Of a DNA stretch of 64,000 bases, positions 18,999 through 28,692 are shown one piece after another. The position numbers and the translations under genes are program-made. The stretch lies in NCBI GenBank assembly GCA_043812795.1, contig JBDRLU010000038.1, positions 2,129-66,128 of the forward strand, written 5' to 3'. The notes below the pieces were generated by a model, which saw nothing but the letters and a program-made list of their open reading frames with translations, had not been told where the DNA came from and did no database searches. This DNA is from Chloroflexota bacterium. GTDB lineage: Bacteria > Chloroflexota > Dehalococcoidia > Dehalococcoidales > UBA2162. The number at the start of each line of letters is the position of its first letter. The stretch's first letter is position 1.

Positions 18999-20165
18999 AT
19001 GGAAGATTTAAAGGCCGCTGTTACGCAGGAAATAGATGTTCGTTCTCCTCAGCTTCGTGAGCTTTCCCTACAAATCCACGCTCATCCAGAACTGGGCTTC
19101 AAAGAAGTCAAGGCAGCCGACTGGTTAACGCAATACCTCGGCGAGAATGGCTTCTCAGTCGAGCGCGGTCTGTGCGGCCTGCCTACAGCGTTCAAAGCGA
19201 CTTACGGGAAAGGGAAGCCAGCTATTGCTTTGCTGGCTGAGTATGATGCCTTACCTGACGTCGGACATGCCTGCGGTCATAGCCTCATTTGTGTTGGCGC
19301 CGTTGGTGCCGGAGTAGCGGCCCGGCCAGCTATTGATAGGTTCGGTGGTAGCCTGCTGGTAATCGGCACACCGGCTGAAGAGCTGTACGGCGGTAAGGCA
19401 ATCATGGCGAAACAGGGCGCCTTCAATGATTTGGATGCGGCGATGATGTTCCATCCCGGGAGCTGCGATGTAGCCACCACCCACGCGCTGGCCTGCCAAG
19501 GTCTGGAAGTTGAATTTTTTGGTAAAGCCGCCCATGCTGCTGCCAGGCCGGAAGCGGCTATCAATGCACTGGAGGCGATGCTCCAGTCGTTCAACGCAAT
19601 TAATTCATTGCGGCAACACATTAAGAGCACGGCCCGTGTTCACGGTATCATTACCGATGGCGGGCAGGCAGCCAACGTAGTGCCGGCCCATAGTGCCGGT
19701 TCCTTCCTGGTCCGTGCCGAAGACGATACCTACCTTGAGGAATTGAAGAAAAGGGTACTGGACTGTTTCGTTGGAGCGGCCTGCGCGACCGGTGCCCGCC
19801 TGCAATACAAGTGGGATGATATCTGCTATGCCACCATGCGTAATAATATCGTTCTGGCCCAGCTATTTATCCAGAATATGCAATCGTTAGGGTGTAACGT
19901 TATCCTGGCCAACCCCGGCCGTGGTTTCGGCAGTACCGATATGGGCAATGTCAGTCACGTGGTGCCGAGCATCCATGCCTCGGTGGCGATTGCCGGTAAA
20001 GAAGTACTGGGCCACTCTCCGGAATTTGCCGTGGCCGCTGCTTCGGAGGCGGGTATGAAAGGGATGCTCGATGCGGCCAAGGCTTTGGCCATGACAGCAG
20101 TGGACTTGCTCACCGACCCCGAAACGCTTGCCCGGGCTAAAGAGGAATTCCAGCAGGGAACATGA
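18999..20165 (+). CDS. M20 family amidohydrolase (AbgB/HmrA-like)
   Basis: IHAHPELGF, AEYDALP, GHACGH, GTPAEE, GSTDMGNVS. Confidence 0.92.
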   Translation: MEDLKAAVTQEIDVRSPQLRELSLQIHAHPELGFKEVKAADWLTQYLGENGFSVERGLCGLPTAFKATYGKGKPAIALLAEYDALPDVGHACGHSLICVGAVGAGVAARPAIDRFGGSLLVIGTPAEELYGGKAIMAKQGAFNDLDAAMMFHPGSCDVATTHALACQGLEVEFFGKAAHAAARPEAAINALEAMLQSFNAINSLRQHIKSTARVHGIITDGGQAANVVPAHSAGSFLVRAEDDTYLEELKKRVLDCFVGAACATGARLQYKWDDICYATMRNNIVLAQLFIQNMQSLGCNVILANPGRGFGSTDMGNVSHVVPSIHASVAIAGKEVLGHSPEFAVAAASEAGMKGMLDAAKALAMTAVDLLTDPETLARAKEEFQQGT

Positions 20166-21148
20166 TTAGAGTCGGTATTCCCCGCGCTCTGCTCTATTAC
20201 CAATACTACCCCGCCTGGAAAGCCTTTTTCGAGAAGCTGGGGGCATCGGTCGTTGTGTCACCGCCGACCACTCCGGCAATGCTGGTCGCCGGTTCGGCAC
20301 GAGTGGTCGCCGATACCTGCTTGCCGGTAAAGGTATTTCTCGGCCACGTTCTGGCGTTGGTGGACCAGTGCGATTGTCTTTTTATTCCGGTTATCCGCAG
20401 TGTGAAAGGTAAAACCTATAACTGCTCTAAATTTCTCGGCCTGCCCGATATGACCAGGGCGGTGGTGCCTGAATCGCCACCCGTGCTGGATATCGAGATT
20501 GACGTTAACCGGGGAAAATGGGCACTTAATAGAGCCATTTACCGGCTGGGGCGCCACTTCGCCTGGAATCCGCTGGCAGTCAGGGAGGCCGGTCTGGCGG
20601 CATGGGAAACCTACGGGAGTTATCGCGGGTTAATGTCGGCGAAAAGACTAACACCACCCCGGGCCATCAATGAGATATCAGGTACGGAACCGGGTATACC
20701 TTCGCGCCAAAAGGAAGCCGGGGAGACGGCCATCGCCCTCGTCGGCCATCCTTATCTTCTCTACGATGAATATATCAACCACCGTATCATTCACCGGCTG
20801 GAAGCGGCGGGTAGCCGCATCGTAACTCCGGAAATGCTGGCTGCCCGGGAACTCGAGGCGGGAATTACCCAGGTAGTAGGCCAAGCCTACTGGACATATG
20901 AGGCCGAAGTCGTCGGGGCGGGAGGACACTACTTACGTAACGGAGTTGATGGTATTATTGGTATAATGGCTTTTGGTTGTGGCCCCGACTCGTTAATGAT
21001 GGATATGGTGCGCCGGGAGGCCACCCGTCTGAAAGCGACGCCCTTTATGAACCTGACTCTGGAAGAGCACACCGCCGAGGCGGGTGTCATCACCCGCCTG
21101 GAAGCTTTTCTTGATATGGTCGAGAGAAAGAAGAGGAAGCAACAATAA
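20162..21148 (+). CDS. DUF2229 / CoA-enzyme-activase-related Fe-S reductase subunit (PlsA reductase-domain-like)
   Basis: VGIPRAL..Y.YYP.W..FF, DTCLPVK..GHV, YNCSK, LVGHPY, FGCGPDS; ATGA overlap with upstream gene. Confidence 0.85.
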   Translation: MIRVGIPRALLYYQYYPAWKAFFEKLGASVVVSPPTTPAMLVAGSARVVADTCLPVKVFLGHVLALVDQCDCLFIPVIRSVKGKTYNCSKFLGLPDMTRAVVPESPPVLDIEIDVNRGKWALNRAIYRLGRHFAWNPLAVREAGLAAWETYGSYRGLMSAKRLTPPRAINEISGTEPGIPSRQKEAGETAIALVGHPYLLYDEYINHRIIHRLEAAGSRIVTPEMLAARELEAGITQVVGQAYWTYEAEVVGAGGHYLRNGVDGIIGIMAFGCGPDSLMMDMVRREATRLKATPFMNLTLEEHTAEAGVITRLEAFLDMVERKKRKQQ

Positions 21149-21150
21149 AA

Positions 21151-22245
21151 ATGCGCATCAGTATGCCCCACATGGGCAATCTTTATATTCCCTTCAGCGC
21201 CCTTTTCCGGCGGTTGGACCTCGATTTTGTTATGCCGCCGCTCAACAGTCAGCGCACGATGTCCCTCGGTGTTAAATACTCACCCGAGGGACTATGCCTT
21301 CCCTTTAAACTGACTCTGGGCAATTTACTTGAGGCGGTGGAGTTGGGAGCGGACACTTTCATCATGCCCGCTGGCTACGGCATCTGTCGGCTGGGTTACT
21401 ATGCTAAAACGCAGGAGCACGTCCTGCGTGACCTGGGACACAACGTTGACGTGGTGGCGGTGGGTGTCTCCGAACAGAAACTTCTCGGTCTATTGAAAAC
21501 GATTAAACGCCTGTCGAACGGTGCCTCGTGGGCGAAAATTTTACCCGCTTTTCGCTTCGGTATGAACAAACTCAATGCTCTCGACCGAATTGAGCGGGTG
21601 GTGCAAAAAGTACGCGCTGTAGAGCAGGTCAGAGGCACGGCTAACCGGCTCTTCGCCCGGGCGGTCAAGGCTATCGACGAGGCTGACGATTATGATACGC
21701 TGAAAAAAACGCAGGTCGATTATATTGGCGAGCTTAACCGGGTGACCAAGACCGAAGTCCGGCCACTAGTCGTTGGCATTACCGGCGAGTTCTACGTTTT
21801 ACTGGAGCCCTTCTCCAGCTTTGATGTCGAGAGCGAGCTGGGTAAATTAGGGGTAGAAGTCAGGCGGCGGACTTTTATCTCGGAATGGACTAAGTTCAGC
21901 TATTTCCTCAACCCACTGGGTATCAACGAAAATGACCGCATTCATCAGGCCGCCCGGCCTTATCTCAGGCGAGACATCGGAGGTGATGGCTGGGAATCAG
22001 TCGGTGAGAAAGTACTTCACGCTAAAGAATACGATGGTATCATTCATCTGGCTCCCTTCACCTGTATGCCGGAAATAGTTGCCCAGAATATCATGCCCAA
22101 GACCAGGGAAAATATTCCCGTGCTAACTTTGCTATGTGATGAGCAGATTACCAAGACCGGTGTCCTTACCCGGTTGGAAGCCTTTGTCGATTTGCTGGAA
22201 CGAAAGCGGAGAATGGGCTTGAAGAGCAGGTCGGCCACGTGCTAA
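21151..22245 (+). CDS. 2-hydroxyacyl-CoA dehydratase D-component-like protein (PlsR-like)
   Basis: MPHMG, GVKYSPEGLCLP, GICRLGYY, VGITGEFYV, GDGWESVGE, APFTCMPE. Confidence 0.83.
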   Translation: MRISMPHMGNLYIPFSALFRRLDLDFVMPPLNSQRTMSLGVKYSPEGLCLPFKLTLGNLLEAVELGADTFIMPAGYGICRLGYYAKTQEHVLRDLGHNVDVVAVGVSEQKLLGLLKTIKRLSNGASWAKILPAFRFGMNKLNALDRIERVVQKVRAVEQVRGTANRLFARAVKAIDEADDYDTLKKTQVDYIGELNRVTKTEVRPLVVGITGEFYVLLEPFSSFDVESELGKLGVEVRRRTFISEWTKFSYFLNPLGINENDRIHQAARPYLRRDIGGDGWESVGEKVLHAKEYDGIIHLAPFTCMPEIVAQNIMPKTRENIPVLTLLCDEQITKTGVLTRLEAFVDLLERKRRMGLKSRSATC

Positions 22246-22259
22246 TGTAAGAAAATCCG

Positions 22260-23234
22260 ATGAAGAGTTATTTAGGTATTGATGTCGGTTCGGTAACCAC
22301 CAAGCTGGCCTTACTCGACGAGAAGGACGAGCTGATTGCTCATACTTACCTGTTGACGCAGGGCAAGCCTATCGACATGGTGCAACGGGGGCTAACGCAG
22401 ATTAAACAAATGCTACCTGAAGGTACGACTATCTGCGGTGTGGCGACGACCGGCAGCGCCCGTTATCTGGCCGGCGTTATCGTCGGTGCCGACCTGGTCA
22501 AAAATGAAATTACCTGCCAGGCGACGGGCACGCTCCGTTACTTTCCCGAAGTACAGACGATTATCGAGATTGGCGGGCAGGACAGCAAGATTATCATCGT
22601 GCGCGATGGCATCGTCACCGATTTCGGCATGAACACCGTCTGTGCGGCGGGCACGGGCAGTTTTCTGGAACATCAGGCGCAGCGTCTGAATATGAACATT
22701 CAGGAGTTCAGCCGGCGGGCGCTGGAGAGCCAGACACCGGTGCGTATTGCCGGGCGGTGTACTGTTTTCGGCGAATCGGACATGATTCACAAGCAGCAAA
22801 TGGGACACCGTGTCGAAGACATCATCTATGGCTTGTGTCAGGCGCTGGTGCGCAACTATCTCAATAACGTCGGTATGGGGAAGAGCATCGAGCCGCCGGT
22901 GGTCTTCCAGGGCGGGGTTGCTTTTAACCAGGCTATTGTCAAGTCATTTCGTGAGGAACTTAACACGGAAATTATGGTGCCGCCTCACCACGAAGTCATG
23001 GGGGCCATCGGGGCAGCGTTACTGGCACACGATGAAGTGGTGGCAAAAAATAATGGCAGTAAATTCAAGGGCTTCGGGGTTAGCGAAATCAACTACCGGA
23101 CGTCTTCATTCGAATGTAAGTCCTGCCCCAACCTGTGCGAGATAGCTCAGCTTTCGATTGAGAGCCGGGTCTTAGCCCGATGGGGCGGTCGTTGCGATTT
23201 ATGGGAGCAAAGCCCGAGCGAGGAACTGAAATGA
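22260..23234 (+). CDS. ATP-dependent activase (BadF/BadG/BcrA/BcrD ASKHA ATPase) with C-terminal Cys motif
   Basis: LGIDVGSVTTK, TTGSAR, EIGGQDSK, MNTVCAAGTGSF, RCTVF, FQGGVA, GAIGAA, C-terminal CKSCPNLC...GGRC. Confidence 0.92.
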   Translation: MKSYLGIDVGSVTTKLALLDEKDELIAHTYLLTQGKPIDMVQRGLTQIKQMLPEGTTICGVATTGSARYLAGVIVGADLVKNEITCQATGTLRYFPEVQTIIEIGGQDSKIIIVRDGIVTDFGMNTVCAAGTGSFLEHQAQRLNMNIQEFSRRALESQTPVRIAGRCTVFGESDMIHKQQMGHRVEDIIYGLCQALVRNYLNNVGMGKSIEPPVVFQGGVAFNQAIVKSFREELNTEIMVPPHHEVMGAIGAALLAHDEVVAKNNGSKFKGFGVSEINYRTSSFECKSCPNLCEIAQLSIESRVLARWGGRCDLWEQSPSEELK

Positions 23235-24226
23235 TAATCGCCGTTGATGCTTCGGGCGGGGAGTATGCCCCGCACGAGATAGTTAAAGGGGCCATTAAAG
23301 CGGCCCAAGAATATAAAGTGGGCATTGCCCTGGTCGGACGTAAGGAAATTCTCCACGTGCTAGCCGGGCGCCATCTCGATAAACTGGGCATGACCATCGT
23401 CGATGCCGACGAGGTTATTGATTTTCATGATTCACCGGTCGAGGCTGTACGTGGCAAGCCGGACTCGTCGATAGTGGTCGGCACCAATCTGGTCAAGGAA
23501 GGGAAAGCCGAAGCTTTTGTCTCCGCCGGCAATACCGGTGCCGTCTTTTATGCTGCCCTGTCCATGCTGGGCCGCATAAAAGGCATCGAGCGCCCGGCTA
23601 TCGGTACGCTTATCTGTATCAATAACATGGCCCCTTTCCTTCTCATTGATTCTGGGGCTAATGCCGATTGCCGGCCGGATTTTCTGGTCCAGTTTGCTCA
23701 CCTCGGCAATATCTACGCGCGGGAAATACTGGGCATCAAATCGCCACGCATCGGTTTGCTAAGCAACGGCGAAGAGGAAAGTAAAGGTAACCGTCTTACT
23801 CTAGAAAGCCACGAATTATTGAAGAAAACTACATTGAACTTCATTGGTAATGTGGAAGGTCAGGATATACCGCTGGGTAAGGCTGACGTTTTTGTCACCG
23901 ATGGTTTTACCGGTAATATCGTGCTCAAGACAATCGAAGGTCTGAGTACCACATGGCTTTATTCGCTTGGCCAGGTAGGCCAAATTTTCTCGAAGGCGTA
24001 TCGTTTACCCACGCGGTCGGCGCGTCGGGACATCGGCGTCGAATCATGGGCGAAAAGGCTGGACTTTCAGGAATACGGCGGCGCCTGTTTGTTGGGGATA
24101 GATGGCAATATCGTCATTTCCCACGGACGCAGCCAGGCCCGGGCCATCAAAAATGCCATCAGTTTAGCCCGACAGACGGTTGAACGCAGTCTCTGTGAAA
24201 AGATTAAGGAGGAAATGCATGAGTAA
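23231..24226 (+). CDS. plsX: Phosphate acyltransferase PlsX
   Basis: MIIAVDASGGEYAP, SAGNTGA, IERPAI, LIDSGANAD, NGEEESKG, GNVEG, TDGFTGN, SHGRS; start ATG 23231 overlaps the activase stop (ATGA). Confidence 0.95.
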   Translation: MIIAVDASGGEYAPHEIVKGAIKAAQEYKVGIALVGRKEILHVLAGRHLDKLGMTIVDADEVIDFHDSPVEAVRGKPDSSIVVGTNLVKEGKAEAFVSAGNTGAVFYAALSMLGRIKGIERPAIGTLICINNMAPFLLIDSGANADCRPDFLVQFAHLGNIYAREILGIKSPRIGLLSNGEEESKGNRLTLESHELLKKTTLNFIGNVEGQDIPLGKADVFVTDGFTGNIVLKTIEGLSTTWLYSLGQVGQIFSKAYRLPTRSARRDIGVESWAKRLDFQEYGGACLLGIDGNIVISHGRSQARAIKNAISLARQTVERSLCEKIKEEMHE

Positions 24227-24545
24227 ACCAGTCGCAATCGATGATAGTAAATTCGACCAGACGGTGCTTAAGTCGGAGAAGCCGGTCCTGGTCGATTTTT
24301 GGGCGACCTGGTGCAAACCCTGTCAGATGGTGGCCCCGATAGTGGATGGGTTAGCTGAAGACTATGAGGGCAAAATAGACTTTGTTAAGGTTGATGTTGA
24401 CCAGAACCCGAAGACGGCGTCCCGGTATGGTGTGATGAGTATCCCGACGCTGCTTATCTTTAAGAAAGGGCAACCGGTTTCTCATATCGTCGGCTTCAGA
24501 CCGAAAGAGGAACTAAAACGAAATCTGGACGCTGCCCTCGAGTAG
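24219..24545 (+). CDS. trxA: Thioredoxin
   Basis: VLVDFWATWCKPCQMVAP, SIPTL; start ATG 24219. Confidence 0.96.
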   Translation: MSKPVAIDDSKFDQTVLKSEKPVLVDFWATWCKPCQMVAPIVDGLAEDYEGKIDFVKVDVDQNPKTASRYGVMSIPTLLIFKKGQPVSHIVGFRPKEELKRNLDAALE

Positions 24546-24571
24546 GGCTTTCCGACGAGGTTAGAATCTAG

Positions 24572-25498
24572 ATGAGCGCTTCACGTTATGATGTGGTCAT
24601 TATCGGCGGCGGCCCGGCCGGGCTGACGGCGGGACTTTATGCATCGAGAGACCGGCTCGATACCTTGCTGCTGGAAAAGGCTTTTGTCGGCGGGCAGATA
24701 GTGAACGCTGAGCACGTTGAGAACTTCCCCGGTTTTCCGGAAGGTATCAGCGGCCTTGAGCTTGGCCAACGGCTGCAGCAACAGGCCGAGAAGTATGGAC
24801 TAAAGGTGCTTACCGGGGAAGCCATCGGCCTCGAGCTTCGGGGCAAAGAAAAGGCAATTAAAACAACCGAGGGAGAATTCCTTACCCGTGTTGTGATTAT
24901 CGCCGGCGGTTCGGAAAGGCAGAAGCTGGGCGTGCCCGGTGAGGACAAATTTGTCGGGCGGGGGGTATCTTACTGCGCCACCTGTGATGCCGCTTTCTTT
25001 CGTGACCAGACGGTAGCGGTCGCCGGTGGCGGCGATGCCGCCATCAGCGAAGCCCTGCACCTGACGAAATTCGCCACCAAGGTTTCCGTTATCCACCGCC
25101 GCCATGAACTGCGGGCTTCGCGTATTCTTCAGGAGCGAGCTTTTGCCGAGCCGAAAATCGATTTTATCTGGGACACCGTCGTGGAGAGTATTGACGGCAA
25201 AGATTTTGTGGAAGGACTCGGTCTCAACAACGTGGTGACCAAAGAGAAATCGACCCTGCCCGTAGCCGGCATCTTCGTTTCCATCGGGTTCAAGCCGATT
25301 ACCGGCTATCTGAAGGGTATTGTACCGCTGGACGCCATCGGGCAAGTTATTACCAACGAAAAAATGGAAACGGAAATCCCGGGCATCTTTGCCGCTGGAG
25401 ATATCCGCCACAACTCGTCACGGCAGGCTATAACCGCCGCCGGGGATGGGGCGACAGCGGCCATGAATGCGGAAAAATTCCTCGCTGAAAACAAGTAG
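24572..25498 (+). CDS. trxB: Thioredoxin-disulfide reductase
   Basis: IIGGGPAGL, GVSYCATCD, GGGDAA, HRR, FAAGD, RQAITAAGDG. Confidence 0.97.
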   Translation: MSASRYDVVIIGGGPAGLTAGLYASRDRLDTLLLEKAFVGGQIVNAEHVENFPGFPEGISGLELGQRLQQQAEKYGLKVLTGEAIGLELRGKEKAIKTTEGEFLTRVVIIAGGSERQKLGVPGEDKFVGRGVSYCATCDAAFFRDQTVAVAGGGDAAISEALHLTKFATKVSVIHRRHELRASRILQERAFAEPKIDFIWDTVVESIDGKDFVEGLGLNNVVTKEKSTLPVAGIFVSIGFKPITGYLKGIVPLDAIGQVITNEKMETEIPGIFAAGDIRHNSSRQAITAAGDGATAAMNAEKFLAENK

Positions 25499-25516
25499 GT
25501 CTTCTACTCTACGAAA

Positions 25517-26491
25517 GTGACCAGGCAAATTCCAATGTCTGATTTTCAAAAACAGTTAAAGCAAGGCCTCTTGGCCGGGGGTAAGCGGGGCTGGTTTAGT
25601 TTTCTCTGGATGGCCAAAATTGTGGTGCCGGTCTCCTTTGTCGTCGTTCTCCTGCACTGGACGGGCTGGCTGGGAAAAATCGACTTCCTCTTAAATCCGC
25701 TGATGAGCCTCATTCATCTGCCGCCGGAAGCCGGCTATCCCATCATTACCGGGATGCTGGTCAATATTTATGCCGTCATCGGCATTATCACGGTACTGCC
25801 TTTCAGTCCGGCCCAGATGACTTTGATCGGTGTTTTTACCCTGATGGCCCATAATCTGCCTGCCGAGGGTATCGTCCAGCACAAATCAGGTCTAAATATC
25901 GTTAAATCTATCGGAGTCCGCATTATTCTGGCGGCGGTTACCACCATCATCGTTTCCTGGTTCCTGGGCGATACCCGGCAGAGTATTGCGGTGGCCGCCG
26001 ACCTTACGGGACAAGCCCCGCTTTTCGGCGTGCTGGTAGGATGGGCGCGTGACACTGGCATCCTGCTCCTCAAAATATTCGGTATCATAATGGCCATCAT
26101 GATTATTCTCGATTCGTTACGCTCGCTCGGCTGGATGGAATATATATTGCGGGCCTGCCAGCCGGTAATGAAAGTGCTCGGACTTTCGGGACGGACGACG
26201 ATGATGTGGGTCACCGCCAATATGTTCGGCCTGCTCTACGGCGGCGCCGTGATTGCCGAAGAGGCGAAGAAGGGCGATTTGAAAAAAGATGAACTGGAAC
26301 GATTGCATATCTTCATCGGGTGCAATCATTCGATGATTGAAGACCCGGCCCTCTTCGCGGTGCTTGGCCTGAATGCCTTCTGGCTCTGGGTGCCCCGTTT
26401 CGTGATGGTGGTACTGGTGGTGCACCTCTACCGGCTGGTGGGCTATCTCAGAAGCAGACTGCTTTCCCACCCAGCCGGGCAGGCATTATAA
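25517..26491 (+). CDS. Nucleoside-recognition Gate-domain membrane protein
   Basis: Multi-pass hydrophobic protein; two Gate-like repeats (PLMSLIHLP, PVMKVLGL; HNLPAE, HSMIED); start may be ATG 25535. Confidence 0.75.
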   Translation: MTRQIPMSDFQKQLKQGLLAGGKRGWFSFLWMAKIVVPVSFVVVLLHWTGWLGKIDFLLNPLMSLIHLPPEAGYPIITGMLVNIYAVIGIITVLPFSPAQMTLIGVFTLMAHNLPAEGIVQHKSGLNIVKSIGVRIILAAVTTIIVSWFLGDTRQSIAVAADLTGQAPLFGVLVGWARDTGILLLKIFGIIMAIMIILDSLRSLGWMEYILRACQPVMKVLGLSGRTTMMWVTANMFGLLYGGAVIAEEAKKGDLKKDELERLHIFIGCNHSMIEDPALFAVLGLNAFWLWVPRFVMVVLVVHLYRLVGYLRSRLLSHPAGQAL

Positions 26492-26570
26492 GCCGGAAGT
26501 AGGATACTAAGTACCTTACCACAGATATTGCGTCATAATTCTAGTTACCTAATGGTCGCAGGTTTTCACT

Positions 26571-26719
26571 CTCACCTCCTTAATCCCCTTCAGGGTGAAC
26601 CCCTCTCCCGCTTGCGGCGGACGAGGGGGAATAGGTCTAAGGAAGAGGGGGCACTAATGCCCCCTCTTCCTTTCCACTTTCACCCCTTCCCTTTGAAGGG
26701 AAGGGGCAGGGGATAGGTT
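26571..26719. repeat. Purine/pyrimidine-rich palindromic repeat cluster
   Basis: TAATCCCCTTCAGGGTGAACCCC (compare 5349), GGAAGAGGGGGCA..TGCCCCCTCTTCC, CCCCTTCCCTTTGAAGGGAAGGGGCAGGGGATAGG. Confidence 0.8.
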
Positions 26720-26847
26720 AGTACCACAATACTTGTTTAGTATGCAATATCAAAAGCGGGCTAAGAATATGAGCCGGCGCTGGCAATACTCTTTTTGGTG
26801 CAACGATACCACTTTCGGCAATGATATTTACGAGTTAATGCGTGATA

Positions 26848-26876
26848 TTGACAGCTAAAGTCGAGCACAGTACTAT
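26848..26876 (+). promoter_or_regulatory. Sigma70-type promoter of the aldo/keto reductase gene
   Basis: TTGACA-17-TACTAT; GGAGGAGG SD follows. Confidence 0.7.
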
Positions 26877-26905
26877 CGAATAAGCAAACCCCGGAGGAGG
26901 ACGCA

Positions 26906-27772
26906 ATGGAAAAGAGGCGATTAGGCAAGACAGGCCACATGAGCACAGTGCTGGCTCTGGGCGGGGCGGCTTTCTGGAACGTTACCCCGGCGGAAGCCGA
27001 AGCTGGCATTGCCCTGGCTATCGAGCATGGTATCAATCACATCGACGTGGCACCATCTTACGGTAAGGCCGAGCTCCGCCTGGGGCCATGGCTGGAGAAA
27101 CACCGTCAAGATATTTTCCTTGCTTGCAAGACAAACAAGCGAAGTAAAACAAAAGCCTGGGACGAATTGAAGCAATCGCTGGAAAAGCTTCGCGTTGACC
27201 ACTTCGACCTCTATCAGTTCCACGGCATCGATGACCTAGAAACGTTATATACCGTACTTGGCACCGAAGGTGCCCTGGAAGCCGCTCTCGAAGCCAAGCA
27301 GCAAGGGCTGGTACGGCATATCGGTATCACCGGCCACCGGCCGTTCACTCATGTCGAAGCACTGAAACGCTTCGATTTCGAGACGGTGCTCTTCCCTCTG
27401 AACCGCGTGCTGGATGCCCACCCGAGCGATTACACCGATTGCACTACTCTGCTGAAAATGGTCCAGCAGAAAGATATCGGCACCATCGCCATCAAAGCCG
27501 TCACCAAACGCCCGTGGGAAGTGCAAACGCACGTCTATCAAACGTGGTACGAACCGTTCGACGAGCAAAAGGAAATCGATACCAGCCTGTGGTACACGTT
27601 GAGTCAGGGTGTCACCACCTGCGCTATGCCCGGCGACTTGCGCCTGTGGCCGATGGTTATCGATGCCGCCGAAAGATTCAAACCGATGAGTGCCCAGGAG
27701 CAGGCCGAAGCCCGGGCTCAGGTGATGCAGTACCGGCCCCTCTTCCCCCGTCCCGCCGGACGGATTGTGTGA
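26906..27772 (+). CDS. Aldo/keto reductase
   Basis: RRLGKTG, GINHIDVAPSYG, SLEKLRVDHFDLYQFH, VRHIGITGH. Confidence 0.93.
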   Translation: MEKRRLGKTGHMSTVLALGGAAFWNVTPAEAEAGIALAIEHGINHIDVAPSYGKAELRLGPWLEKHRQDIFLACKTNKRSKTKAWDELKQSLEKLRVDHFDLYQFHGIDDLETLYTVLGTEGALEAALEAKQQGLVRHIGITGHRPFTHVEALKRFDFETVLFPLNRVLDAHPSDYTDCTTLLKMVQQKDIGTIAIKAVTKRPWEVQTHVYQTWYEPFDEQKEIDTSLWYTLSQGVTTCAMPGDLRLWPMVIDAAERFKPMSAQEQAEARAQVMQYRPLFPRPAGRIV

Positions 27773-27824
27773 CGCGACTGGCCCTTTAAAGTGTACCTTT
27801 GCTTTTAGTTGCTGCCGAAGCTAT

Positions 27825-27920
27825 TGTCATTGCGAGGAGCCCTTCGTTAGAAGGACGGCGTGGCAATCCCCTCCGATTCTATGAGATTACCACGGGCACT
27901 GACGTGCCCTCGTAATGACA
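27825..27920. repeat. TGTC-type REP-like inverted doublet between convergent genes
   Basis: TGTCATTGCGAGG...GTGGCAATC ... GAGATTACCACGGGCACTGACGTGCCCTCGTAATGACA. Confidence 0.85.
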
Positions 27921-27942
27921 CATAAACCGTCCTCTGTAAGGT

Positions 27943-28692
27943 TTAAATCCTTTTCTGCACTTTTTGCCAGGTTTCAGTGATGAGGAAACTTTCCTCCATG
28001 TTATCCACCATGGCGAGGAAACGGGTCATCGGTACGGAAAAGGTAATTGTATCCTGGGGCACGTAAGGACGGGCCGAGGGGTCGAATAACCCGATAACCG
28101 CCCGTGGCCGCGGGGCATCCTTTTCCAGATAAGGGTAGAGGACAATCGAGGAGCAGCCGGAGCCAAAGGGGGCACAGACACCGTCCGGCTCAGCCTGGTC
28201 GAACCGGGTCAAGGTGAACAGCCCGGAGAGGACGTCCGGCCGGGCAAAGAAAACGACCACATCCGGGGAATCCGATTTTTCCAGCTTGTCCCACCTCTTG
28301 AAAACGAGGTAAGGTGCTGGTGCCTTGAAGTCAGGTGTGTATTTCTGCGTTTCTTTGGCCAATTCGGGCGATTTCTTATAGCGTTCGCCGCGTACCTTGT
28401 CAGGGATACCGTAAGAGAGAAAATACTCGAACTCCGGTCGGATGGTCTCGGTAAAGCCGACGTGCTTTTTACCGCCGGCACAGCCGATTGAGTCTACGTT
28501 GAAGGAGAGGGAACGACCGTCTCTCACCAGTTGCAGGGCCTGAATGATGCAGCGGGGCACCTCTCCGGCTTTGGTCAGCTCGGCGTGCCCGGCCTCTTTG
28601 GAATAGTAGAAAGTAAGCGGCAGCTCGGCATCGTTAAAATACTTCTTCCAGAGCGTAAGAAATTTGTCTTTTACTTTTGTGTCCATCCTCAT
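27943..28692 (-). CDS. DUF169 family protein
   Basis: RCIIQAL, IGCAGGK, GERYKKSPELA, PDVLSGL, PFGSGCSSI, GLFDPSAR; start 28692 or 28686. Confidence 0.8.
   Translation of the reverse strand: MRMDTKVKDKFLTLWKKYFNDAELPLTFYYSKEAGHAELTKAGEVPRCIIQALQLVRDGRSLSFNVDSIGCAGGKKHVGFTETIRPEFEYFLSYGIPDKVRGERYKKSPELAKETQKYTPDFKAPAPYLVFKRWDKLEKSDSPDVVVFFARPDVLSGLFTLTRFDQAEPDGVCAPFGSGCSSIVLYPYLEKDAPRPRAVIGLFDPSARPYVPQDTITFSVPMTRFLAMVDNMEESFLITETWQKVQKRI

Noticed and set aside
26528-26716. 62-aa ORF
   Set aside because: Translation of family-B repeat sequence
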